A DNA stretch of 64,000 nucleotides. It comes from a virus. The position numbers and the translations under genes were made by a program. The notes under the pieces are model-generated. The model saw nothing but the letters and a program-made list of their open reading frames with translations. It made no database searches and was not told the origin of the DNA. Shown here one piece after another: positions 27,676 to 37,564 of this stretch. Location of the stretch: IMG/VR virus record IMGVR_UViG_3300025684_000010. The stretch is one strand, 5' to 3'. How positions within the stretch are numbered: position 1 is the stretch's first letter; every line of letters starts with the position of its first letter.

Positions 27676-28374
27676 ATGAAAGTTAAATTGATTTCCCACA
27701 GTCAAGTACAAGATCTTGTTGGATCCCCAAAAGAAGATCTTAAAAATGATTCGTCACTGTTAGGTTTAGTGGCTTATTGCGCAAGAGTAAGTAATCCTAG
27801 TAATCAAAACAATACAGCAACAAACAGCAAGCTTGTCAATTATTTGGTAAAGCATAAACATTGGTCACCTTTAGAAATGGTTAGTGTTTGTTTAGAAATA
27901 GAAACGACAAGAGATATCGCTCGTCAATTGCTAAGGCACCGTAGTTTCTCCTTTCAAGAATTTAGTCAACGATACGCAAACCCTCTCGAAGATTTAGAGA
28001 TGGTAACTCGTGAGGCAAGATTCCAAGATCTAAAGAATCGTCAGAATAGTGTCGCAATTGATCCTACAGATGAAAAGCAAAGAAGAATAGCAGAAGATTG
28101 GAATATGAAACAAATGGCGTTCATTAAACAATCAAAAGATTTATACCAATGGGCAATTAACTCGGGTATAGCAAAAGAACAGGCAAGGGCTGTTTTACCA
28201 GAAGGTAATACAGTTTCAAGATTATATGTTAACGGTACATTGAGATCATGGATTCATTATATTGAATTACGATCTGGAAATGGAACTCAGCTTGAACACA
28301 TGGAAGTTGCACGCCGTGTTGGTGAAGTAATTACTAACGTCTTTCCCTTAGCAGAAAATTACATACAAGAATAA
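27676..28374 (+). CDS. thyX: Flavin-dependent thymidylate synthase
   Basis: HWSPLEM, RHRSFSFQEFSQRY, KEQARAVLP, LRSWIHY. Confidence 0.96.
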   Translation: MKVKLISHSQVQDLVGSPKEDLKNDSSLLGLVAYCARVSNPSNQNNTATNSKLVNYLVKHKHWSPLEMVSVCLEIETTRDIARQLLRHRSFSFQEFSQRYANPLEDLEMVTREARFQDLKNRQNSVAIDPTDEKQRRIAEDWNMKQMAFIKQSKDLYQWAINSGIAKEQARAVLPEGNTVSRLYVNGTLRSWIHYIELRSGNGTQLEHMEVARRVGEVITNVFPLAENYIQE

Positions 28375-28388
28375 TAACGGAGTAGAGA

Positions 28389-30179
28389 ATGCAACATTTA
28401 GGAATTGAAATCCAAACAAAGAGGGATAAGACATTATCAGAACAATCATTTAAATTGTTAAAAGATTATTATTGTCGTGATGAAGAGAAGTCTCCGCAGA
28501 TGGCTTTTGCCAGAGCTGCAGTTGCATTTTGTGGTGGTAACATGAAACTTGCCCAACGTATATATGATTATGTATCTCAAGGTTGGTTTATGTATTCATC
28601 TCCTGTACTGTCTAATGCAGTCTTAAAAGGAGAAAAAGTAAAATCGTTGCCAATTAGTTGTTTCTTAACTTATGTACCTGATACTTTAGACGGATTGATT
28701 GACCATACTGCAGAGTTGCGATGGTTGTCTGTTAAAGGTGGCGGAGTAGGTGGTCATTGGTCAGACGTACGAGCCGTATCAAAGAAAGCTCCAGGACCGA
28801 TGCCGTTTCTACATACAGTTGATGCTGATATGGTTGCGTACCGTCAAGGCAGAACAAGAAAAGGTTCTTATGCAGCTTATATGGATATTGACCATCCGGA
28901 TATTGTAGAATTTATTAATATGCGTATTCCAACAGGAGACGTAAATCGAAAGAATTTAAACCTTCATCATGCAGTGAATTGTACTGATGCGTTTATGGAA
29001 GCAGTAAAAGAAGGAAAGCAATGGGGTTTATTAGATCCTAATGACCAAACAGTTCGTGAAATGGTTGATGCTCGTAAGCTATGGGAATTAGTATTAGAAA
29101 CAAGATATCGTACAGGTGAACCGTATATTAACTTTATTGATACTGCCAATGCAGCATTACCTCAATCTCAAAAGGACTTAGGTTTATCAATCAAAGGATC
29201 TAACTTATGTAATGAGATACACCTTGTGACCAACGAAGAAAGAACAGCGGTATGTTGTTTGTCTTCAGTTAATTTAGAAACATATAATGAATGGAAAGAT
29301 ACCAATATGGTTAAAGACCTTATTGTGTTCTTGGACAATGTATTACAGTTCTTTATTGATAATGCAGGTGATGAAATTAGCAAAGCAAGATATAGTGCAA
29401 CACAGGAAAGATCTTTAGGTCTGGGTGCAATGGGATTACATTCCTATTTACAGAAAATGAATATTGCATTTAATAGTCAAGAAGCTGTTGATGCTAACGA
29501 AGAGATCTTTAGTACCATTAAACGAAAGGCAGATGAAGCAACATTAGAAATGGGCAAGAGACGTGGCGAGGCTCCTGATATGAAAGGAACTGGTCGTCGT
29601 AATGCTCATATGTTAGCAATTGCTCCTAATGCAAATAGTTCTATGATAGTTAATACATCGCCTTCTATTGAACCTTGGAAAGCAAATGCGTTTACTTCAA
29701 GAACAAGAGTGGGTAGTCACTTAAATAAAAATCCATACCTAGAAAAAGTATTGGCAGATTTAGGCAAGAATACAGATGCGGTATGGTCAACTATTATTAC
29801 AAGTGGTGGCTCAGTTCAACATCTAGACTTTCTAGATGATCATGTAAAGAACGTTTTTAGAACGGCAATAGAATTGGATCAACACTATTTAATTAAGCTA
29901 GCAGGAGATCGACAAAAGTATTTATGTCAAGGACAAAGCTTGAATATCTTTTTCCCAGCTGGCGCAGAAAAGAAATATTTGCATTCAGTCCATTTTCAAG
30001 CGTGGGCACAAGGATGTAAAGGATTATATTATTTAAGAACAGAGTCATCAAGCAAGGCAGAAAACGTTTCTCAGAAAGTAGAACGCGAAAAGTTAGATGA
30101 TATTATTAACCCAAACTCAATTAAGTTCAGTAATGGCTCGGAGGAACAACAAGATGAGTGTATCGCCTGTGAAGGATGA
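28389..30179 (+). CDS. nrdA: Class I ribonucleotide reductase alpha subunit (no ATP cone)
   Basis: ISCF, SNLCNEI, CCLSS, APNANSS, KGLYYLR, C-terminal CIACEG. Confidence 0.96.
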   Translation: MQHLGIEIQTKRDKTLSEQSFKLLKDYYCRDEEKSPQMAFARAAVAFCGGNMKLAQRIYDYVSQGWFMYSSPVLSNAVLKGEKVKSLPISCFLTYVPDTLDGLIDHTAELRWLSVKGGGVGGHWSDVRAVSKKAPGPMPFLHTVDADMVAYRQGRTRKGSYAAYMDIDHPDIVEFINMRIPTGDVNRKNLNLHHAVNCTDAFMEAVKEGKQWGLLDPNDQTVREMVDARKLWELVLETRYRTGEPYINFIDTANAALPQSQKDLGLSIKGSNLCNEIHLVTNEERTAVCCLSSVNLETYNEWKDTNMVKDLIVFLDNVLQFFIDNAGDEISKARYSATQERSLGLGAMGLHSYLQKMNIAFNSQEAVDANEEIFSTIKRKADEATLEMGKRRGEAPDMKGTGRRNAHMLAIAPNANSSMIVNTSPSIEPWKANAFTSRTRVGSHLNKNPYLEKVLADLGKNTDAVWSTIITSGGSVQHLDFLDDHVKNVFRTAIELDQHYLIKLAGDRQKYLCQGQSLNIFFPAGAEKKYLHSVHFQAWAQGCKGLYYLRTESSSKAENVSQKVEREKLDDIINPNSIKFSNGSEEQQDECIACEG

Positions 30180-30198
30180 TAGAAAAGTAGGAAGAAAA

Positions 30199-31407
30199 AT
30201 GGAAGTATTAATTTATACTAAATCAAATTGCCCATTTTGCGAAAAGGCAAAAGCATGGTTTACACAACATGGATTTGGATATACACAGGTTGTGTTAGAT
30301 GATGAAGAACAGAGACTCGCGTTTTATCAAAGAATCTCTAATGGTAAGGAAGTAAGATCCGTACCGCAAATCTTCATTGACGACAAACATATAGGTACGT
30401 ATAACGACCTTATGGCAATCTCTGATACGTTAATTAAAAAACAAGGTGGTCTAATGGAATTCAGTGAGACGTATAAACCGTTTCATTATCCTTGGGCTGT
30501 TGAAATTACAACAAGACATGAGAAAGCGCATTGGATCGAAGACGAATTGGATTTGTCTGAAGATGTTGCTGATTGGAAAGGCGGTAAGATTACGCAAATT
30601 GAGAAAGACTATATTACAAACATTCTAAGATTGTTTACACAGTCTGATGTTGCTGTTGGTCAGAACTATTTTGACCAGTTTATTCCTAAGTTTAAGAATA
30701 ACGAAATTCGTAATATGTTAGGATCGTTTGCAGCAAGAGAAGGCATTCATCAGCGTGCTTATGCGTTATTGAATGAAACGTTAGGTTTACCTGATAGTGA
30801 ATATCATGCATTCTTAGATTATTCTGAAATGGCTAATAAGATTGACTATATGCGTAAAGCAGATACCAATACTCTACGCGGCCTAGGGTTGTCAATTGCT
30901 AAATCTGTATTTAACGAAGGTGTTGCTTTATTTGCTTCTTTCGTTATGTTACTTAACTTTCAACGTTTCGGTAAAATGAAAGGTATGGGTAAAGTAGTAG
31001 AATGGTCAATTCGTGATGAATCAATTCACGTTGAAGGTAACTCTAAATTGTTCAAGGCGTTTATTAAAGAACATAGTCGTGTTGTAGATGATGAGTTCAA
31101 AAAAGAGATCTACGAAATGTCAAAAGATATTGTAGATCTCGAAGATAAGTTCATTGATCTTGCCTACGCAATGGGAAACATTGAAGGTCTGGAAAAATCA
31201 GAAGTAAAAGAATATATAAAATATATAACAGACAGAAGATTATTACAGCTAGGCATGAAACCGAACTTTAAGGTAAAAGACAATCCATTACCTTGGTTAG
31301 AATGGGTACTCAACGGAGCAGACCATACAAACTTCTTCGAAAATCGTGTAACCGAATATGAGGTTGCTGGTTTAGAAGGAACTTGGGACGATGCCTACGC
31401 AAGCTAA
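30199..31407 (+). CDS. nrdB: Glutaredoxin-NrdB fusion (RNR beta subunit)
   Basis: N-terminal YTKSNCPFC..SVPQIFIDD Grx; then EGIH, DESIH, NFFENRVTEY; start set at ATG 30199. Confidence 0.93.
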   Translation: MEVLIYTKSNCPFCEKAKAWFTQHGFGYTQVVLDDEEQRLAFYQRISNGKEVRSVPQIFIDDKHIGTYNDLMAISDTLIKKQGGLMEFSETYKPFHYPWAVEITTRHEKAHWIEDELDLSEDVADWKGGKITQIEKDYITNILRLFTQSDVAVGQNYFDQFIPKFKNNEIRNMLGSFAAREGIHQRAYALLNETLGLPDSEYHAFLDYSEMANKIDYMRKADTNTLRGLGLSIAKSVFNEGVALFASFVMLLNFQRFGKMKGMGKVVEWSIRDESIHVEGNSKLFKAFIKEHSRVVDDEFKKEIYEMSKDIVDLEDKFIDLAYAMGNIEGLEKSEVKEYIKYITDRRLLQLGMKPNFKVKDNPLPWLEWVLNGADHTNFFENRVTEYEVAGLEGTWDDAYAS

Positions 31408-31420
31408 CTAGGCGTAGAAT

Positions 31421-32623
31421 ATGATTAATAAACAACCTTTCCAAAATGTGGTTGACAAATTAAAGGAAGAAGGTAAGTACAGGGTATTTAACGATATCGT
31501 TCGTGATAAAGGAAACTTTCCTAAAGCGACTTGGTACTCACCTTATTCTCCAAAGACAATTGTCAATTGGTGCTCAAATGATTATTTGGGAATGGGACAA
31601 AACAAGTATGTAATTGACGCAATGCAAACCGCATTGTTAAAGACAGGAAGTGGTAGTGGTGGTACTCGCAATATTGGCGGTACCTCTCATTATCATGTTA
31701 CACTTGAAAATGTAATTGCGAAATTGCATCAAAAAGAAAGTGGTTTATTATTTACTTCTGCTTATGTAGCAAACGAATGGGCGTTAATTGCGCTATCTCG
31801 TATCATTCCTGATATATGTTTTGTTTCGGACAACAAGAATCATGCCTCAATGATTATGGGTATGAAACATAGTCGTGCTCCTAAACATGTATTTGAACAT
31901 AATGATATGGAATCGTTAGAAGAATGTTTACAAGTTACAGTTGAAGCTGGTTATGTACCATGTATTGTATTTGAATCAGTATATAGTATGGATGGAGATG
32001 TTGCTCCTATCGAAGAGATTTGCGATTTAGCAGATCAGTATGGTGCAATCACATATATCGACGAAGTACATGCAGTTGGTCTCTATGGAGATACAGGTGC
32101 AGGATATTGCGAAAAGGAAGGCTTACAAGACAGAGTTGATATTATCAATGGAACTTTAGGAAAGGCCTTTGGTTGTCACGGTGGTTATATTGCTGGTGAC
32201 AGTATTGTTCTTGATGCAATTAGATCTGTGGCAAGTGGATTTATATTTACAACAAGTATGAGTCCTGTAATGGCAGCAGGAGCAATTGCTTCTATTCGTT
32301 ATTTAATGGATCACAATGAATTAAGAGAACTACACCAAGAACGAGCTGCAACATTAAGACAACTATTTATAGAGAACAATATCGAAATACATCCAAACAG
32401 TTGCACTCATATATTACCAGTGATGGTTAGAGATGCAAAGAAATGCAAACTAATGTCAGACAGGTTATTGAACGAACATGGATTATATGTGCAACCAATT
32501 AATTATCCAACAGTCGATGTTGGTAAAGAGCGGCTTAGAATTACACCTACTCCCTTACATACTAATGGTATGATGGAAGACTTGGTCGCAGGACTACAGG
32601 AAACGTTTAAACACGTTCATTAA
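31421..32623 (+). CDS. hemA: 5-aminolevulinate synthase
   Basis: [47 protein letters not shown] (PLP Lys), INYPTV. Confidence 0.93.
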   Translation: MINKQPFQNVVDKLKEEGKYRVFNDIVRDKGNFPKATWYSPYSPKTIVNWCSNDYLGMGQNKYVIDAMQTALLKTGSGSGGTRNIGGTSHYHVTLENVIAKLHQKESGLLFTSAYVANEWALIALSRIIPDICFVSDNKNHASMIMGMKHSRAPKHVFEHNDMESLEECLQVTVEAGYVPCIVFESVYSMDGDVAPIEEICDLADQYGAITYIDEVHAVGLYGDTGAGYCEKEGLQDRVDIINGTLGKAFGCHGGYIAGDSIVLDAIRSVASGFIFTTSMSPVMAAGAIASIRYLMDHNELRELHQERAATLRQLFIENNIEIHPNSCTHILPVMVRDAKKCKLMSDRLLNEHGLYVQPINYPTVDVGKERLRITPTPLHTNGMMEDLVAGLQETFKHVH

Positions 32624-32627
32624 TATT

Positions 32628-33506
32628 ATGAAAATGAAATGGTTAACTCTCGGAACATCGCTTACTCTTGCTGCTACGGCTGCCTATTTTAGTATCGTTG
32701 GGTTAATGACGATCTTCAGTGGTGCTGTTGTTGGTATTGCGATTATGGCAACAGTGTTAGAGATTGGCAAACTTGTATCCGCAGCATGGTTACATTATGA
32801 ATGGGATCGTATTAATAATTTAGTACGAGGTTATTTTACAGCAGCTGTTATAGTCCTAATGTTAATTACAAGTATGGGTATATTTGGATTCCTTTCCAAA
32901 GCTCATATTGATTCTGCTTTAACTGGAGATACCTATTCTCTCGAAGCAAGTATCATTGATACAAGAATAGCCGCAGAACAATCCAAACTCAAAGCCGCAC
33001 AAGATCGAATCGAAGGATTGGATTATGTATTACAAACTTCACAACCTAAAGATCGTAACTATGTGAACGGCCGTCAAACAGAAGAAAGAAATAATTTAGC
33101 AATTACTATTGACAATGCAGTAGATAGTATTGTACAATATAACGAACAGAAGTTACCTATACAGAGACTTCAGTTAGAACAAGAATCAGAACTCGGTCCT
33201 GTTAAATATATCGCTGATATGATATACGGATCTGAGGCAAAAGAATATTATGACAATGCTGTCAGATGGATTATACTTATAATTATATTCGTATTTGATC
33301 CTTTGGCAATAATGTTATTAATTGTAAGTACGGCAGCATTTAAACGCGATCGTGAAACTCCTGCTAAACCATTAGTTGATAATAGTCAAGTAATGAACAT
33401 GGAGATAAAAGAAAAAGAAAGTGGCTTATCTGTTGAAATAGAAGAAAATAAAAGTGGCTTGGTTAAGACAGGTTTAACCACTACATTGAGAAGAAGGAAA
33501 ATATAA
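32628..33506 (+). CDS. Conserved multi-TM coiled-coil membrane protein
   Basis: Four N-terminal TM helices, ELGPVKYIA, IIFVFDPLAI. Confidence 0.7.
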   Translation: MKMKWLTLGTSLTLAATAAYFSIVGLMTIFSGAVVGIAIMATVLEIGKLVSAAWLHYEWDRINNLVRGYFTAAVIVLMLITSMGIFGFLSKAHIDSALTGDTYSLEASIIDTRIAAEQSKLKAAQDRIEGLDYVLQTSQPKDRNYVNGRQTEERNNLAITIDNAVDSIVQYNEQKLPIQRLQLEQESELGPVKYIADMIYGSEAKEYYDNAVRWIILIIIFVFDPLAIMLLIVSTAAFKRDRETPAKPLVDNSQVMNMEIKEKESGLSVEIEENKSGLVKTGLTTTLRRRKI

Positions 33507-33772
33507 TGAGTATTGAAATGTTAGGAGACCAAGTATTAATTGCTGCGGTCAAAAAAGAAGAAAAGACGGCAGGTGGTATTATTCTATCAGCTGATGTTAA
33601 AAAGAACGCATCAGAACCTGGTGTAGTTCTATCAGTAGGTTCGGAAGCAAACGGTAAACTAAAAACTGGTGATAAGGTATTCTTAGATTGGAATGAATCT
33701 TTACCAGTAGAAATTGAAGGTCAACAAGCCGTCATTATTAGTTCAGAACATATTAAGGCGATCCTATCGTGA
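33506..33772 (+). CDS. groES: Co-chaperonin GroES
   Basis: LGDQVLI..EEKTAGGIIL, GVVLSVG, LKTGDKV. Confidence 0.9.
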   Translation: MSIEMLGDQVLIAAVKKEEKTAGGIILSADVKKNASEPGVVLSVGSEANGKLKTGDKVFLDWNESLPVEIEGQQAVIISSEHIKAILS

Positions 33773-34185
33773 ATATGAAAAAATTAATGTGGGGTGGATT
33801 GGGTTTCCTTTCATTAGGTGTTGCTTATATTGGAGTTATCCTACCGGGTATTCCTTTTAGCATTCCTGCTGTATTTGCGGCTTATTGTTTCGCAAAGAGT
33901 TCAGACAGAATGCACAATTGGTTATACGGACATAAATTGTTTGGACCATTTTTAACTAACTGGGAAACAAAGAAAGTGTTTCCACAAAAGGCAAAGTATA
34001 TGATGTTAGGCATGATGGCTTTTGCTTTATTGTGTATGATTGTATTTACAGGAAATTGGAAAGCAGTTGCGTATTCTGGTACCTTTATGGCATTAGGCGC
34101 AGCGTGGGGTTGGAGATATCCTTCAACACCAGAAGAATATGATCGTCGTAAAAAAGCAGGCGAGAAAATTGGTTTATTTAAATAA
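33769..34185 (+). CDS. YbaN/DUF454-family inner-membrane protein
   Basis: GVILPGIP..AAYCFAKSS.RMHNWL..HKLFGPFL.NW. Confidence 0.85.
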   Translation: MNMKKLMWGGLGFLSLGVAYIGVILPGIPFSIPAVFAAYCFAKSSDRMHNWLYGHKLFGPFLTNWETKKVFPQKAKYMMLGMMAFALLCMIVFTGNWKAVAYSGTFMALGAAWGWRYPSTPEEYDRRKKAGEKIGLFK

Positions 34186-34193
34186 ATAGTATT

Positions 34194-34475
34194 ATGGACG
34201 ATCAAAAAGACAACCCTTTTAACGAAGACAGCAACGTTGACTACCACAAGTGGTTACGTATGAACGCATTCCTTAAAAAGTTGCATGATGAGTTTTATAT
34301 AGAGCAAGTTAAGAAACAACATCGTGAAGAAATAGCGTGGTTAGCAAGAAGAGATGAAATGCTCTGCGACTTAGCTATCATTGACGAAGTGATTGAAATG
34401 ATGGATGAATATCCAGAAGCTGACTATTTGATTAACAAAATTAACCGTAGGTTGGATAATGACAAAAAATATTAA
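34194..34475 (+). CDS. Hypothetical protein
   Basis: ORF in operon context. Confidence 0.55.
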   Translation: MDDQKDNPFNEDSNVDYHKWLRMNAFLKKLHDEFYIEQVKKQHREEIAWLARRDEMLCDLAIIDEVIEMMDEYPEADYLINKINRRLDNDKKY

Positions 34476-34644
34476 AGTTAATGAAGCAACTCCAGCTGAA
34501 TTAAAAGCATGGGCAGAGACCGATTACTTTATGTCAGGAAATTTTGATCCTATGACATTATTTGTCGTGATCCCTGCAGTAGTACAGATTGTAGTATTCG
34601 GTGGAATGCTATTATCTTTTTATATAATTGGGAAGGTATTCTAA
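34459..34644 (+). CDS. Small single-TM protein
   Basis: C-terminal hydrophobic helix; overlaps neighbours. Confidence 0.55.
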   Translation: MTKNIKVNEATPAELKAWAETDYFMSGNFDPMTLFVVIPAVVQIVVFGGMLLSFYIIGKVF

Positions 34645-34766
34645 TGGAAGAAACAAAAAAGTATATTTACGAAAGTCCTGATAAAGGCAAAACAGTTTAT
34701 GCAAGAGAACTTGGTCAACCAATCTCTGAACGTAAACTAATTAAGGAGACGAAAGATGAAAAGTGA
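34644..34766 (+). CDS. 40-aa hypothetical protein (not in ORF track)
   Basis: TAATG coupling; MEETKKYIYESPDKGKTVYARELGQPISERKLIKETKDEK. Confidence 0.6.
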   Translation: MEETKKYIYESPDKGKTVYARELGQPISERKLIKETKDEK

Positions 34767-35085
34767 TTATGTGGTAGTTGATACGATTTCTGTATTCAAA
34801 CAGAGATACATTATTCCACGTGAAGAAGTTCAACGCTTTAATGAAGAAGTGAAGTTAACAGATAAGCTCGCAAAGCTCTGGGCTCAAGAATCTGTAGAAT
34901 CAGAAGAAGTAAAAGAATTCAGTCAAAGATGGTTAGGCGAAACAGTAACTAATGTCGATTTTGCGGGTACAGAAAAAGTATTACAATTTTTTAAAGAAGA
35001 TAACGAACAGTTATCTGAAGAGTGGTCTCAGGCTCAACAGCTTGACTATATCAATGATTGGAAAGATAAAACACCGAAGAGATGA
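34756..35085 (+). CDS. Hypothetical protein
   Basis: SD AAGGAG; VVDTISVFKQRY, EFSQRWLGE. Confidence 0.65.
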   Translation: MKSDYVVVDTISVFKQRYIIPREEVQRFNEEVKLTDKLAKLWAQESVESEEVKEFSQRWLGETVTNVDFAGTEKVLQFFKEDNEQLSEEWSQAQQLDYINDWKDKTPKR

Positions 35086-35318
35086 TCTACATCTATGGTA
35101 CCAAAGGGTGCCAGTTTTGTGAGAAGGCAAAACATAAAGCAAATGATATGTATGGTGAGTATAAATTCCTTGACATTGGACTCACTTTATATTATAATAA
35201 ACTAAAAGAATTAAACGTAAGTACAAACGTATTACCTCAGATCTTTGAGGACGAACGATATGTTGGTACTTTTTACCATTTCGTAAAGGAATGTCAATTG
35301 AAAATGAGTGAGGAATAA
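35082..35318 (+). CDS. Glutaredoxin-like protein
   Basis: IYGTKGCQFC, LPQIF, YVGTF. Confidence 0.8.
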   Translation: MIYIYGTKGCQFCEKAKHKANDMYGEYKFLDIGLTLYYNKLKELNVSTNVLPQIFEDERYVGTFYHFVKECQLKMSEE

Positions 35319-35326
35319 ATTACACA

Positions 35327-36487
35327 ATGTTAGATGAAAGAATCAATAAGATTTACCAAAAAGAACTATCACGCCAAAAATTAACCGTCGAGTTAATTGC
35401 ATCAGAAAACTTTGCTTCTAAAGCCGTAATGAAAATGTGCGGTTCAGAGTTTACAAACAAATACGCAGAAGGATATCCTGGAGCCCGTTATTATAATGGT
35501 TGTGAATTCATGGATGAAGTTGAACAACTTGCTATTGACCAACTAAAAGAAATATACGGTTGCGGATTTGCTAATGTTCAGCCACACAGTGGAGCCAATG
35601 CAAACCTTGCGATTATGAAAGCCTTTCTAAATCCAGGTGATACTATTCTCGGTATGGATTTAGCAAGCGGTGGACATCTAACTCATGGAGCTCCTGTTAC
35701 TATTTCAGGTAAATGGTTTGATGCTCATACGTTTGGTGTTGGTGACGATGGTTTAATTAATTATGATGATGTTGCTTTAATGGCAGAAGCTCATAAACCT
35801 AAACTTATTATTGCCGGTGCAAGTGCATACCCAAGACAAATTGATTGGAAACGATTTAGAGAGATTGCTGATTCAGTAGGCGCAATGCTTATGGTTGACA
35901 TGGCTCACTATGCTGGTTTGATTGCTGGTCATGCATACGACAGTCCTATTCCTTATGCCGATGTAGTTACTTCTACAACTCATAAAACATTACGTGGTCC
36001 TCGTGGTGGAATTATATTGTGGAACAATCCTGATTATACAAGAAAGATTAATGGAGCCATATTCCCAGGTACTCAAGGCGGACCTTTAATGAATACGATT
36101 GCGGCAAAAGCTCAAGCATTCATTGAAGCCAATACAACAGAGTTTAAAGCATATGCTCATCAGGTTGTTATTAACGCACAGTCCTTTGCTGAAACATTAA
36201 ATAAAGCAAAAACATTAGATGTACTAACAGGTGGTACTGATTCTCATATTATTTTAATTAGTTTAGTTAATTCTGAATTGAGTGGAAGACAAGCAGCTGA
36301 TATCTTAGAGAAACATCGTATCACTGTAAACAAGAATGGTATTCCAAACGATCCTCGAAACTTTAAAGAAACATCTGGTATTCGATTAGGTACTGCAGCT
36401 GAAACAACTCGAGGTTGGAAACAACAAGACTTTGTTGAACTAGGTGAAAGAATTATTAATATATTAGAAGATCCTACCCAATGGTAG
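35327..36487 (+). CDS. glyA: Serine hydroxymethyltransferase
   Basis: ELIASENF, NKYAEGYPG.RYY.GC, NVQPHSG, GGHLTHG, TTHKTLRGPRGG, SGIRLGT. Confidence 0.97.
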   Translation: MLDERINKIYQKELSRQKLTVELIASENFASKAVMKMCGSEFTNKYAEGYPGARYYNGCEFMDEVEQLAIDQLKEIYGCGFANVQPHSGANANLAIMKAFLNPGDTILGMDLASGGHLTHGAPVTISGKWFDAHTFGVGDDGLINYDDVALMAEAHKPKLIIAGASAYPRQIDWKRFREIADSVGAMLMVDMAHYAGLIAGHAYDSPIPYADVVTSTTHKTLRGPRGGIILWNNPDYTRKINGAIFPGTQGGPLMNTIAAKAQAFIEANTTEFKAYAHQVVINAQSFAETLNKAKTLDVLTGGTDSHIILISLVNSELSGRQAADILEKHRITVNKNGIPNDPRNFKETSGIRLGTAAETTRGWKQQDFVELGERIINILEDPTQW

Positions 36488-37083
36488 CTCTTATATTAGG
36501 CAACGGAGAATCACGACTAGGTGTTAACTATCGTGAAGAATATCCAGGTGCCTTTGTGTATGGCTGTAATGGAGCTTATAAAGAAAGTCCTGATGCTTTA
36601 ATTTGCAGTGACATTTATATGCAGCATATTATTTACAAAACAGGATACTGCAAAGACAATCTTTGTTACTTTAGTGAATGGGCTCCAGTACCTTCTGGAG
36701 CTGCTGAACATATAATCATGGCTTTAAAAGAAAATGGTTTGCCAGTCATTGAGAATAGAAAAGATACGACATTCGGCCTAACAAGAACTCAGGCAGTCAT
36801 ATCTGGCTCTGCGAATGCAAATTATGTTACTTGGGTTGACGATAAAGATATGGTCAAGTCAATTGAACAAATGGAAGTAAGTTCTGGCTCAAGAGCGTTA
36901 TTAACAGCTTGCGAGTCAGGACAGTATAAAGAAATAGTTCTATTAGGATTTGATGGTATGAACGCTTCAAATGTATATCAGAACGATGAAGGATACGAAA
37001 GATCTACCCCTCGCAATGAGTGGGTTCAAGAAAGACAAGATATTATGGATAAGTTTCCAAATATAAAATTCAATGTTGTATAA
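36481..37083 (+). CDS. Hypothetical Rossmann-like protein
   Basis: LILGNGESR, YGCNGAY, SSGSRA, LLGFDG. Confidence 0.55.
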   Translation: MVALILGNGESRLGVNYREEYPGAFVYGCNGAYKESPDALICSDIYMQHIIYKTGYCKDNLCYFSEWAPVPSGAAEHIIMALKENGLPVIENRKDTTFGLTRTQAVISGSANANYVTWVDDKDMVKSIEQMEVSSGSRALLTACESGQYKEIVLLGFDGMNASNVYQNDEGYERSTPRNEWVQERQDIMDKFPNIKFNVV

Positions 37084-37100
37084 TAGGTTAGCATCAGCAT

Positions 37101-37126
37101 CTTACGGTGAAGGCCGTAGGTATTTT
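37101..37126 (+). terminator. Probable terminator hairpin
   Basis: CTTACGG-TGAAGG-CCGTAGG then TATTTT. Confidence 0.5.
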
Positions 37127-37155
37127 AAATGGTGGTTAAACGTATGGTGTAATCG

Positions 37156-37209
37156 TTAAGTATTTGTATAAATATACTTTATGGCTTATTCTAAAAAGTT
37201 TTAGACAGA
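37156..37209 (+). repeat. Direct repeat copy 1 (late promoter + truncated iscU start)
   Basis: 54 bp identical to 37510-37564 except for one missing A; reads ATG GCT TAT TCT AAA AAG TTT TAG. Confidence 0.92.
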
Positions 37210-37225
37210 AAGGATTTTATAAGAT

Positions 37226-37513
37226 ATGAAAAGTTTCAATGAATTCATGACAGAACAAAAAAAGGTTAAATGGAATAAAGTTCCAGATGGCTATGATGGC
37301 AAAAAGAAAGTGTTCAAACATGTTACCTCTGATGGTAAGTTTGAGATTCGTTTGTCAGGTATGGACTCTATGAAAATGAATAAAGACGGTAGTCAGAAAG
37401 TGATGCCGACGGTCTTCGATAAGAGTGGAAACACCCCAAAACACCCTGTAATTGCATATAGTAATGTTGATAAGGCCAAGGCAGAAGTCCAAAGATGGAT
37501 AGATGATCATTAA
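37226..37513 (+). CDS. Hypothetical protein with CTS-like N-terminus, bracketed by direct repeats
   Basis: MKSFNEFMTE; SD AAGGA. Confidence 0.7.
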   Translation: MKSFNEFMTEQKKVKWNKVPDGYDGKKKVFKHVTSDGKFEIRLSGMDSMKMNKDGSQKVMPTVFDKSGNTPKHPVIAYSNVDKAKAEVQRWIDDH

Positions 37514-37564
37514 GTATTTGTATAAATATACTTTATGGCTTATTCTAAAAAAGTTTTAGACAGA
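37510..37564 (+). repeat. Direct repeat copy 2 (late promoter TATAAATA 37521-37528 + intact iscU start)
   Basis: TTAAGTATTTGTATAAATATACTTTATGGCTTATTCTAAAAAAGTTTTAGACAGA. Confidence 0.92.

Noticed and set aside
30097-30198. N-terminal extension of NrdB in the track
   Set aside because: Overlaps the NrdA C-terminus; the Grx domain begins at ATG 30199
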